From: Akkermansia muciniphila ATCC BAA-835 | GTDB lineage: Bacteria; Verrucomicrobiota; Verrucomicrobiia; Verrucomicrobiales; Akkermansiaceae | NCBI RefSeq assembly: GCF_000020225.1 | Contig: NC_010655.1 | Coordinates: 2,010,001 to 2,042,000, forward strand | Direction: 5' to 3' | Length of the DNA stretch: 32,000 nucleotides | In this document: positions 15,088 to 23,114 of the stretch, piece after piece | How the letters are laid out: each line of letters begins with the position of its first letter | Position numbering within the stretch: position 1 is the stretch's first letter | Notes under the pieces: model-generated | Told to the model about the DNA's origin: nothing | Database searches by the model: none | Seen by the model: only the letters and a program-made list of their open reading frames with translations | Program-made: the position numbers and the translations under genes

Positions 15088-16332
15088 CTACCGCTGTTCC
15101 GGCTTTGCCGGCACTTTCCTGAGTTTCGCGAAGCGGGGCAGGGAACATTCCTTTTGCATGGCCGTTTCTCCCTGGATCAGGGGAAGAACGTAATCAATGA
15201 ACGGCTGTTCCACGCCATTGCCGCGGGCGTTGATCCATTCGCGGGGAACAAGTTTTTCCACATTGGCCACTTCTTCCAGACCTATCAATTTAGTCTTGCA
15301 GGAATAAATGCCGTTCTCCGTGATTCGTTCAAAGGCTACCATTTTATCCGTCTGGCCGGAAACGGCGGCTTCCACGGCGGCTTTTCCCGCCATATACGCT
15401 TCATCGATATCCGTCTTGGAGGCTACATGGGAGGCGCAGCGCTGGAGGAGTGAGAGTTCAATGCTTCTGACTTTGGCCCCGGTTTGTCGCTTGACGGATT
15501 CCGCAAGCATGGCTCCCAGGCCTCCCAGCTGCGTATGGCCGAAGACGTCCCTGTCTCCGGATTCCGCAACAAAGCGGCCGTCTGCATACTGCACGCCTTC
15601 CGAGACGGCGACCATGCAGCTGCCGTTCTGCCTGTAAATCCGGTCCACATCCTGCCAGAATTCCTCCATGCGGAAGGGAACTTCCGGCAGGTAAACCAGG
15701 TCCGGACCTGCTCCCGCATACGTGGCCAGGGCTGCGGATCCGGCCAGCCAGCCGGCGTGGCGGCCCATGATTTCCACAATGGTGACGCGTCCCTTGTCGT
15801 ACACGCGGAGGTCCTGGTGAACTTCCATGCAGGAGGTAGCGATAAATTTGGCGGCAGAGCCGAAGCCGGGGCAGTGGTCCGTGCCGTGAAGGTCATTGTC
15901 AATGGTCTTGGGAATTCCGATGACGCGGCATTCGTAACCGGACTGCTGCATGAATTTGGATATCTTGTTACAGGTATCCATGGAATCGTTGCCTCCGTTG
16001 TAGAAAAAGTAGCGTACGTCGTATTTTCTGAAAATTTCCAGCAGACGGCGGTAATCCGTATCATCCACGGACGGGGCTGCCATCTTGTAGCGGCAGGAAC
16101 CCAGGGCAGATGCTGGGGTATATTTGAGCAATTCCAATTCTCCGGGGTCTTCCCGGGCCATATCGAACAGGCGTTCTTTGAGCACTCCCTCAATCCCGTT
16201 GGCGGCTCCCAGCACGCGCGTGACCTGTTCGCTTTGCAGGGCGGACTGAATGGCTCCCAGTGCGCTGGCGTTGATGACGGCGGTGGGGCCGCCGGACTGG
16301 CCGATGATGCATGCTCCTTTCAATGGGTTCAT
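15088..16332 (-). CDS. 6-phosphofructokinase family enzyme, probably PPi-dependent (Pfp-type)
   Basis: PFK motifs are QSGGPTAVINAS, YNGGNDSMDT, GIPKTIDNDL and MGRHAGWLA. GGNDS replaces the GGDGS of ATP-dependent PfkA. ATG at 16332 (MNPLKGACII) is preferred over 16374. Confidence 0.92.
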   Translation of the reverse strand: MNPLKGACIIGQSGGPTAVINASALGAIQSALQSEQVTRVLGAANGIEGVLKERLFDMAREDPGELELLKYTPASALGSCRYKMAAPSVDDTDYRRLLEIFRKYDVRYFFYNGGNDSMDTCNKISKFMQQSGYECRVIGIPKTIDNDLHGTDHCPGFGSAAKFIATSCMEVHQDLRVYDKGRVTIVEIMGRHAGWLAGSAALATYAGAGPDLVYLPEVPFRMEEFWQDVDRIYRQNGSCMVAVSEGVQYADGRFVAESGDRDVFGHTQLGGLGAMLAESVKRQTGAKVRSIELSLLQRCASHVASKTDIDEAYMAGKAAVEAAVSGQTDKMVAFERITENGIYSCKTKLIGLEEVANVEKLVPREWINARGNGVEQPFIDYVLPLIQGETAMQKECSLPRFAKLRKVPAKPEQR

Positions 16333-16504
16333 GGGCAATAATGGATGAGAGAGTTGTGTTGCGCCCCCTTTCAACGGCGTTGGAGGCAGGGAATGAAATG
16401 ATAGTCAAACCTATCCGCAGCCCGGAGGGATGTCAAACATTATTGGTTTTCCGGATGGGGCTGCCGGGGCTGGAGAAAGTGGGGAAGAAAAAAGAGCAGG
16501 GGTG

Positions 16505-17416
16505 TCAGTTTTTTTGTCCCCAGAGCTTTTCCAATGCGGAGGCAAAGCGTTCTCCCAGGACTAGAACTCCATGCGTGCCCAGATGGACGGTATCCGTGGG
16601 ATAGGGGGTGCGGAAGTCCATGCTGCGCAGCTGGAGATCATCTGCGGGGACATAAACCGCATTGTTGACGGAGAGGGAGGTACGGGATTCTTCCGCCACA
16701 TCCTTTTGCCCCTGCCGCACTTTTTCCCTGCCCGGAAAACGGGCCAGAGCGGGCACGGGAAGAACGCTGCCGTAGATAAAGGCCAGACCGGGGGCTTCCA
16801 GATCCGCTCTGATGCGTTTAATCAGGTTGTTCAGGTTGGCGCCGTAAGACAGAGCGTTTTTGATGCCGGCAATGTCCCTTGCGTCTCCTTCCCCCTGTTG
16901 CCACACCATGGCTTTCAGGACAGGAGCATGTCCCTGCTTTTTCAGGGCTTCCATTCCGTTGCGGACGGTACGGAGCAATTTGACGTATTCTTCCCCCTGC
17001 TTATCCTGAGAAGTTTTTCCTGGGTTCCATTGCCGGAAAAGGTTGCTTCCGCTCCGGGCGTGCTTGATGATGGCCCATTTTTTTTGCGGGAATTTTTTCT
17101 GCAACGCTGTTCCCAGGCTTAGTTCCACGCCAAAACGGTCGGGGGATTCGGATGCCGGGCTCAAGGGAACAAGCTGTTCTGCCGGTTCTGTCCCTTTGAG
17201 GGAGCCGGAATAGTACAGAAGAATCCGTTTATCCGTTTTGAAGCAGGGAGGAATGTTGTTGACGTACCCTTGCCCTGTGGCGTTTGACTGTCCGCCGATA
17301 AGGATGACGTTGACTTCATCCGCATGCAGGGGTGGCGCCGGAAAGACCGTCAGGGAGCAAAGCAGCCATGAAAAGAGGAAAAAACGTGCAGAGCGTGGAA
17401 GTACGGAAACAATCAT
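16505..17416 (-). CDS. Sialate O-acetylesterase-like SGNH hydrolase (SASA/DUF303 type), secreted
   Basis: GGQSNATGQG carries the nucleophile Ser, and the C-terminal DTVHLG carries Asp/His. ATG 17416 gives the signal peptide MIVSVLPRSARFFLFSWLLCSLTVFPAPPLHA. An alternative ATG at 17551 overlaps the upstream stop (TAATG) but would place 45 residues ahead of the signal peptide. Confidence 0.85.
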   Translation of the reverse strand: MIVSVLPRSARFFLFSWLLCSLTVFPAPPLHADEVNVILIGGQSNATGQGYVNNIPPCFKTDKRILLYYSGSLKGTEPAEQLVPLSPASESPDRFGVELSLGTALQKKFPQKKWAIIKHARSGSNLFRQWNPGKTSQDKQGEEYVKLLRTVRNGMEALKKQGHAPVLKAMVWQQGEGDARDIAGIKNALSYGANLNNLIKRIRADLEAPGLAFIYGSVLPVPALARFPGREKVRQGQKDVAEESRTSLSVNNAVYVPADDLQLRSMDFRTPYPTDTVHLGTHGVLVLGERFASALEKLWGQKN

Positions 17417-17550
17417 GGCGGGGATATCCCTGATACGTTTCCCGAAAGAAGATTCTGTCTTCTGCAGGAATTCTTCTTTGCCTGCTGCCAGGATATTTGA
17501 CTGTTGATGTTTTCCTGTTCCCTTGATTCTTTCCTTTCCGGAAAAAGGCA

Positions 17551-18651
17551 TTATGCGGAAGGTGCGTGCAGGGAAACGGATTGGCCGGGGTATATTTCCG
17601 GAATGACGGAAATGCTCTTGATATTTTTTCCGGCTGTCAGGGAGCGGAGCATCCGTATGAGCTTGTGAACCGTTTTTGTCTGGTTCTCTTCATAATAGGT
17701 GATCGTGGGCAGCAGGCGTTCCATGAAGGGTTCATACGTCAGGCTGACCAGGCTGAGCTGATCCGGAATGCTCAGCGAACGGGCTTCCACCCAGGAAAGG
17801 ATGGGAACGATCTGGTTGCCCCGTGTGGCTACCAGGGCGGACATATCCGGATGTTCTTTAAACGCTTTGGCCAGGTATTCAAAGAAGAGAGGCGTTTCAA
17901 ACGGGGTGGGAACCAGGATGGGATTCCATCCCTGTTCCGCAAAGCTGAAAAAACCTTTTTGCATGAGCTGGTGGCCCTTCAACGGATCAGGAGGCAGGCA
18001 CAGGCCTACCGTTCGGTGCCCCTTGTTCCAAAGGTGCTGCGCCGCATGATGCGTGGTGGCCGCCCAGTGGCGGTCCAGATAGGGAAGGTTGCTGCTCTGG
18101 TAGGAGGTGCCGCGCACAATGCAGGGGATGCGGTGCGTCTTGAACCAGAGCTGGGTTTGCTCCGAGGAACGGTGAAGTATCCAGCAGACGCATTCGGATT
18201 TGGTAACAAGCTTGGCAAGCCTCTTGTCCGGGTTATTGCCTAAGATCCAGGGAGCTTCAAAGATACGGACGCTGATGCCGTCTTCCTCCAGAATTTTGGA
18301 GATGGTATATATCTCCGCCAATACGCTTTGAGCCAGCCTTTTGAGGGGCTGGGGCGTCAGAAATCCGAGAATTTCTTTTTTTTCCTGAACCGGATGGCAG
18401 AAGATATTTTTAACCGTTTCTTCTTCCGTAGTTTTCAGGATGCGCCTCGGAACCTTGATGCGTGGGGGGGCAATCCATGCATCCCTTTCCAGAAGGGTCA
18501 GGGCCTTTCTGATGGTTTCCCTGCCTACGGATAACCTGTGCCCGAGTTCTCTTTCTCCGGGCAGGATATTGACCAGGCTACCGCTGAGAATCATCTGTTT
18601 GATTTTATTGGCTACTGTTTCAACCAATGAAGAAGCTGGCAACGAAGTCAT
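17551..18651 (-). CDS. GntR-family transcriptional regulator, AraR-like (GntR wHTH plus LacI/PBP type-1 sugar-binding domain)
   Basis: The N-terminal GntR HTH is LPGERELGHRLSVGRETIRKALTLLERDAWI. The remaining ~300 aa have a LacI/GalR-type effector-domain layout. ATG 18651 (MTSLPASS) is preferred over TTG 18723. Confidence 0.85.
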   Translation of the reverse strand: MTSLPASSLVETVANKIKQMILSGSLVNILPGERELGHRLSVGRETIRKALTLLERDAWIAPPRIKVPRRILKTTEEETVKNIFCHPVQEKKEILGFLTPQPLKRLAQSVLAEIYTISKILEEDGISVRIFEAPWILGNNPDKRLAKLVTKSECVCWILHRSSEQTQLWFKTHRIPCIVRGTSYQSSNLPYLDRHWAATTHHAAQHLWNKGHRTVGLCLPPDPLKGHQLMQKGFFSFAEQGWNPILVPTPFETPLFFEYLAKAFKEHPDMSALVATRGNQIVPILSWVEARSLSIPDQLSLVSLTYEPFMERLLPTITYYEENQTKTVHKLIRMLRSLTAGKNIKSISVIPEIYPGQSVSLHAPSA

Positions 18652-19048
18652 ACTCTTGTATATACGTATCGCATTGCGTGAATTCGAGCCAATTGTAGGG
18701 ATTGCCTGCCCCGCAGAATCCAAAAGGAGAGCTGGTGTTGTTGCAAGTTGTTGATATTCTGTAAATCGTTTTAGGATTTAAGCTACTGGTCTTTTTTGAT
18801 GAGGTAAAGTGGGCGGATAATGTATAAATGATATGGTGTTATCAATGCATTACATTCCTGAGCGGTACGGCTGCAGGTGGTTTGTAATTATTTCTTAATT
18901 CATTTAAGATAAATATTTTATTGCGTATTTTGTTGGGCGGAGCCATTTCTTATTCTCCATTTTCTCACTTTCCCCCAATTTCCGCCAGGAAATGTGCACG
19001 TATCGGCATGGATGACTTTTCTCCCGTTTCCGGCACTAAATCTGCTTG

Positions 19049-19333
19049 ATGAAAGTGAATACCATACCGGGCGCATCCTATGCGCTGACTTGTACGGCTG
19101 CGTGTACTATCCATGCGCTTCTTAGCGACGCTTCTTCTCTGGTTATCCTGGAAACGGAAAACCCCGGACAATATTTTTTTATAGCTCCCACTGATACAAT
19201 AGAGGTATCAGACGAACACGCCCTGGTGACACAAACTTTTAAAGCAGCCGCTCCGGGATTGTCTGCCCGCAGCGGCATAAGGCCGGGAGTAAATGCTGAT
19301 TTAAAAAATCCGACGGTGGAAAAAGCGGTATGA
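19049..19333 (+). CDS. Hypothetical small protein (94 aa)
   Basis: An ATG-initiated ORF in an AT-rich intergenic patch, with no recognisable motif. Competing antisense ORFs (18965..19171, 19078..19338) look less protein-like. Coding status is uncertain. Confidence 0.35.
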   Translation: MKVNTIPGASYALTCTAACTIHALLSDASSLVILETENPGQYFFIAPTDTIEVSDEHALVTQTFKAAAPGLSARSGIRPGVNADLKNPTVEKAV

Positions 19334-19552
19334 ACCATTTCTTTTTTCTGATTGCCCGCGATTAAGCGCAGCGCTCATGAGCAATCCGGTCAAAAGGTTG
19401 TTTGTCCATGGTTTTTCGAACCTTTACGGGGAGCGGGACTTCACCGCCAGATCATTGTCTGACGCGGACTGGGTGCGGAAGTCCGTCTCATTCCTTCCTG
19501 AAATTACTACGGGGAAGTCTCTTTGAGAAATGAAGCGTTATCGACTGATAAT

Positions 19553-19589
19553 AGAAAACCCTGGGAGCGTTTAGCTCCCAGGGTTTATT
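19553..19589. terminator. Bidirectional rho-independent terminator
   Basis: A perfect 10-bp stem CCCTGGGAGC/GCTCCCAGGG (19559-19568 and 19574-19583) with loop GTTTA. It is flanked by AAAA on one side and TTTATT on the other, so a U-tract follows the stem on either strand. It sits immediately 3' of tRNA-Leu. Confidence 0.7.
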
Positions 19590-19592
19590 GAT

Positions 19593-19675
19593 TGGTACCG
19601 CCGGTGGGACTCGAACCCACACTCTTTTGGAACTCGATTTTGAGTCGAGCGCGTCTACCATTCCGCCACGACGGC
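19593..19675 (-). tRNA. tRNA-Leu (anticodon CAA), type II with long variable arm, CCA encoded
   Basis: The minus-strand sequence GCCGTCGTGGCGGAATGGTAGACGCGCTCGACTCAAAATCGAGTTCCAAAAGAGTGTGGGTTCGAGTCCCACCGGCGGTACCA folds by hand as follows. The acceptor stem is 7 bp with two G.U pairs. The anticodon stem is CTCGA/TCGAG with loop CTCAAAA. The T-arm is GTGGG-TTCGAGT-CCCAC. Confidence 0.9.
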
Positions 19676-19749
19676 ACGTGAAGCGAAAGAATTAAGAGGC
19701 AAGAGGGCTGGAGAGTCAAGAATTTCCTGTGGAATATGGTGAGCTGCTG

Positions 19750-19785
19750 AAAAAACGGAGGGATTTTCCTGCGGATTCCCTCCGT
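19750..19785 (-). terminator. Rho-independent terminator downstream of the integrase gene
   Basis: On the minus strand, a 9-bp stem ACGGAGGGA/TCCCTCCGT (19777-19785 pairing with 19755-19763) is followed by TTTTTT (complement of 19750-19755). It lies between the int stop (19859) and the tRNA 5' end. Confidence 0.6.
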
Positions 19786-19858
19786 CATGTTTCCGGATGG
19801 AAATAAGTGTTTGGAATGAGCAGTGCACGGCCGCGTTAACGCTTTTTTGCGTCTCTTC

Positions 19859-20890
19859 TCACGCCGCCAACTCCCAAAATGCTCGCACCTCGCATCCTCG
19901 AATCCCCTGCGTATGCACATAGCGCGTCTGCAACAGCGTCCCGTCCCGATGCCCCATCGCCGCCTGCAAACGCCCCCAATCGTGAAACATCTTCGCATGA
20001 TACGACGCAAAGGTATGCCGCAGGACGTCCTGACGCCATGTCTGAAAACCCGCTGCCGAGCGCAAAGCGCGCCACCGCCTGTTCCAATCTGGCGGACAGA
20101 TGAAAACCGACTCCCTCTCTGCCCCCTGCGGATAATAACTCCTCAACCATGCCAACACGGAGCGAGACAGCGGCACCTGCCGACCGCCGCCCGTCTTGCT
20201 CTGCCTCGGGCGAATCCGCACCTCCCCCTCCTCCCAATCCACATCGCCCCAGGTCAAACGCCGCACCTCATACGGACGAATCCCGCCGTAGAGCATCATC
20301 ACCACGCCCGCCGCACAGGGGGAAAACTCCTCCCTCTCTGCCGTCCGCAGCAGGCGGCGCACTTCCTCGATACGGAGGGGGACGATCTCCCGCTCCGTCA
20401 CGCGCGGCACATCCACCAGCCGCACGGGATTATGCGCACACCAGCCTTTCTTCCACGCCACCGTGAACACTCCCGAGAGAATCGCCCGCGCATGACGACG
20501 TTGCGAGGGTGAAAGAAAGACTTTCTCCAACACAGCCGCACAGTCCGCCGTCGTCATCGAGCGCATGGGACGCGCCGCCAGATCGGGCACATCTCGCATC
20601 ATCCTCTGCGTGAAGGAGCGGATATCGCGCAGGGTGAGCGCCGAACGGTCGGCCTTGACGCGCAGGGTTTCTGCCACGGCTTTGGAGAAGGAGACCGTTT
20701 GCGTGGCGAGATGCTCGGCTTCGCACCCCAAGGCGATGACGCGGCGGCAGTGAAGGAGCAGAGCTTCTTTCTTTCTTACGGAAGAGCCTCCGCTTCCTTC
20801 GACCAGCTCCAGCATGAGACGAGCAACATCGGTGAGGGAGAAGGGGAGAGAGGCGAGGAGGGCAAGGGCGGTGCTAGCGTCGGTGTTCAT
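19859..20890 (-). CDS. Tyrosine-type site-specific recombinase (phage-type integrase)
   Basis: Catalytic boxes GGIRPYEVRRLTWGDV (Arg I) and VLRHTFASY...AMGHRDGTLLQTRYVH (R, H, Y). The start is uncertain: ATG 20890 (MNTDAS) is favoured because 20891-20950 is AT-rich and promoter-like. Alternatives are ATG 20917 and 20950. Confidence 0.9.
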   Translation of the reverse strand: MNTDASTALALLASLPFSLTDVARLMLELVEGSGGSSVRKKEALLLHCRRVIALGCEAEHLATQTVSFSKAVAETLRVKADRSALTLRDIRSFTQRMMRDVPDLAARPMRSMTTADCAAVLEKVFLSPSQRRHARAILSGVFTVAWKKGWCAHNPVRLVDVPRVTEREIVPLRIEEVRRLLRTAEREEFSPCAAGVVMMLYGGIRPYEVRRLTWGDVDWEEGEVRIRPRQSKTGGGRQVPLSRSVLAWLRSYYPQGAERESVFICPPDWNRRWRALRSAAGFQTWRQDVLRHTFASYHAKMFHDWGRLQAAMGHRDGTLLQTRYVHTQGIRGCEVRAFWELAA

Positions 20891-20978
20891 GGCAACAGGA
20901 TAAATAATACTCTTCATCAAGCCCAAAATAACGAAACTTGTCAAAAACATGGAATGGAACGGTAGTTATGCCTGTATG

Positions 20979-21053
20979 ACAAGAAAAAAATGAGAAGAAT
21001 TTTCTTCCTTTTTTCTTGTTTCTTTGTCTGGCTCAATAATATAATATATTGAG
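20979..21053. promoter_or_regulatory. AT-rich divergent control region with two palindromes (candidate operators) between int and the methyltransferase gene
   Basis: An imperfect 41-bp palindrome spans 20979-21019: ACAAGAAAAAA ... TTTTTTCTTGT, with an inner GAAGAA-TT-TTCTTC. A second palindrome, CTCAATA-N8-TATTGAG, spans 21032-21053. A possible TTGTTT-18-TATAAT promoter lies at 21016-21045 on the plus strand. Confidence 0.3.
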
Positions 21054-21101
21054 AATCAAAACATTGAAGTTAAGAGCATTATTTATACTCTACTTCCCTC
21101 G

Positions 21102-23099
21102 ATGAAACATCGAGGGAATGAGGCTTCGGGAGAGACGCAACTCGATGCCTCCCTTGTGGCTATTCTCCTCGCCGACCGTTCGAGCGGCGCTTTCATCCGC
21201 TGGGCCTGCAACGCCTACACTACCCACGGCGAGTCCTATGCGGCGGATCAAGAGATCTACCCCCATCAGGTGCATCTGATTCAGGAGCGCACCCGCAAGA
21301 CGCAGGAAGAACAGCGCGACCGCACCAAAAAATCCGCCGAAGTCTTTACCCCTGCTTGGCTGTGCAACGCCATGATCAACGCCCGCGATGCCGTTTACTT
21401 CGGGCGGGAGGAGGTCTTTAACCGCATGGAGGCTCCATCGTGGACGCCGACGCGCAAGACGATTGACTTTCCGACGACAGCATCTGGCCGCCGTCTCGCG
21501 TGGGAGCGTTACATCGATGCCCGCTGTCTGGAAATCACCTGCGGCGAAGCCCCCTTTCTCGTCTCGCGCTACGATGCCGTCGATGGTCGCCCCATCTCCT
21601 TGGCAGAGCGCATCGGCATCCTCGACCGCAAGCTGCGTATCATCGGCGAGCATACCTGCACCGCAGAGGACTGGTTTCACTGGGCAAAACGCGCCCTCGA
21701 AAGCGCCTACGCTTACGAATACCAGGGCGACAGCCTCTTTCTCGCCCGTCTCAATCTTTTTCTGAGCATTAGCGAGTACCACCGTCACCTGTGGAAACGC
21801 CCCCTCAACCGACACCAACAAGAGGAAGTTGCCCGCATCCTCTCGTGGAATCTCTGGCAGATGGACGGCCTGACGGCGACGACTCCCTTTGCCACGGAAC
21901 AGGGGAAGCCCGAGGATTCCTTATTTGATTTTTACGCCATCACAGCCGAAAGGCGCCCCCTCCGTAGCCTCATCCGCGACTGGCGCGGCAAAAAAACGAT
22001 TCGATTCTCTGAACTCAACCTATCCACCACCATGAAATTTGATTTTGTCATCGGCAATCCGCCGTATCAGCTGGAAACCGCCAATAAATCCCTTTCCAAC
22101 GGACAATTGCCAAGTAAAAGCATTTTTCATCATTTTCAGCTGAGCGCGGATCAGATTTCCTCCGGTCTTACCGTCTTGATTTATCCTGGAGGGCGATGGA
22201 TTCAGCGTTCTGGAAAAGGAATGGCGGATTTCGGCTTACAACAAATCAATGACAGCCGTTTACAAACCTTGTATTATTACCCCGACAGTACCGATCTCTT
22301 CCCTGCACAAGTTGCCGAAATTGCGGACGGCATCTCCATTGTGGTCAAAAATGCCCACAAGACGACCCCAAGCTTCCGCTACTTCTATATGCGGCGCGGA
22401 GAAAAAACAGGTGTCGAGCTGGAGCCTCCCGGCGAAAATATCCTTCCTCTAGACCCACGCGACGGAGCCGTTGTCAGGAAAATCGAGGATTTTGTTCAAA
22501 GAAACAAGTTGCCTTATTTGAACGATAATGTGCACTCAAGAAATCTATTTGGAATTGAGAGTAATTTTGTCGAAAAAAATCGAGATCAGGTTCGCCTCTA
22601 TCAAGAAGGGGATGCGGTAGATTGCGAGACGGAGATCAAGCTATATGCTAATGACCGAGCCGGGAAAGCTGGCAGAACGACATGGTTTGTTGCACCAAGA
22701 AGCATTATTCAGACGAATGAGGCTTACATCTCCAAATGGAAGGTTGTTGTTTCCAGTGCAAACGCCGGGGGACAAAAGAGAGATTGGCAGTTGGAAATCA
22801 TCGACAATCAATCGGCATTCGGTCGTTCGAGGGTTGCTCTTTCTTCTTTTGAAACGAAGCAGGAAGCGGAGAATTTTTACCACTATGTGAAGAGCTATAT
22901 TATTCGCTATGCCTTCCTGATGACGGATGAAGCTCTGACAACTTTGGCGCTGAAAGTGCCGGATATGTCAGATTATACTTCTGACAACAAGTTAATCGAC
23001 TGGTCGCAGGATATTGATAGTCAGTTGCAGAAGCTCATGTCCCTCAGTGATGCTGAGTTTGAATACATCAAAAACACGGTGCAGAGTGTACGAGCCTAA
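21102..23099 (+). CDS. N6-adenine DNA methyltransferase, gamma-class (Eco57I/TaqI-like order X-I-IV-TRD) with C-terminal target-recognition region
   Basis: Motif X is AEVFTP (residues ~79-84) and the motif I-like segment is LEITCGEAPFL (~143-153). Motif IV is DFVIGNPPY, with NPPY at nt 22056-22067. The ~340-aa C-terminal half has TRD-like features (SSFETKQEAENFYHYVKSYIIRYAF). No nuclease domain is evident. Confidence 0.85.
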   Translation: MKHRGNEASGETQLDASLVAILLADRSSGAFIRWACNAYTTHGESYAADQEIYPHQVHLIQERTRKTQEEQRDRTKKSAEVFTPAWLCNAMINARDAVYFGREEVFNRMEAPSWTPTRKTIDFPTTASGRRLAWERYIDARCLEITCGEAPFLVSRYDAVDGRPISLAERIGILDRKLRIIGEHTCTAEDWFHWAKRALESAYAYEYQGDSLFLARLNLFLSISEYHRHLWKRPLNRHQQEEVARILSWNLWQMDGLTATTPFATEQGKPEDSLFDFYAITAERRPLRSLIRDWRGKKTIRFSELNLSTTMKFDFVIGNPPYQLETANKSLSNGQLPSKSIFHHFQLSADQISSGLTVLIYPGGRWIQRSGKGMADFGLQQINDSRLQTLYYYPDSTDLFPAQVAEIADGISIVVKNAHKTTPSFRYFYMRRGEKTGVELEPPGENILPLDPRDGAVVRKIEDFVQRNKLPYLNDNVHSRNLFGIESNFVEKNRDQVRLYQEGDAVDCETEIKLYANDRAGKAGRTTWFVAPRSIIQTNEAYISKWKVVVSSANAGGQKRDWQLEIIDNQSAFGRSRVALSSFETKQEAENFYHYVKSYIIRYAFLMTDEALTTLALKVPDMSDYTSDNKLIDWSQDIDSQLQKLMSLSDAEFEYIKNTVQSVRA

Positions 23100-23114
23100 A
23101 AGGAGAATCCATCC

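Noticed and set aside
15423-16341. Overlapping ORFs 15484..16341 (+) and 15423..16193 (-) within the pfk region
   Set aside because: These are alternative frames of the phosphofructokinase gene. Only the 15088..16332 minus-strand frame carries the PFK motifs.
16571-18243. Plus-strand ORFs 16571..17122 and 17566..18243, opposite the esterase and regulator genes
   Set aside because: Antisense shadows without motifs. The minus-strand frames carry the SGNH and GntR signatures.
19823-20726. ORFs 19823..20512 (+), 19836..20237 (-), 20149..20466 (+) and 20430..20726 (-) in the integrase region
   Set aside because: These are alternative or antisense frames of the tyrosine recombinase gene, Pro/Arg/Ala-rich and without motifs.
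21090-21821. 243-aa minus-strand ORF overlapping the 5' part of the methyltransferase gene
   Set aside because: It is antisense to the frame carrying the FTP, motif I and NPPY motifs, and it runs through the methyltransferase start hairpin and promoter region.
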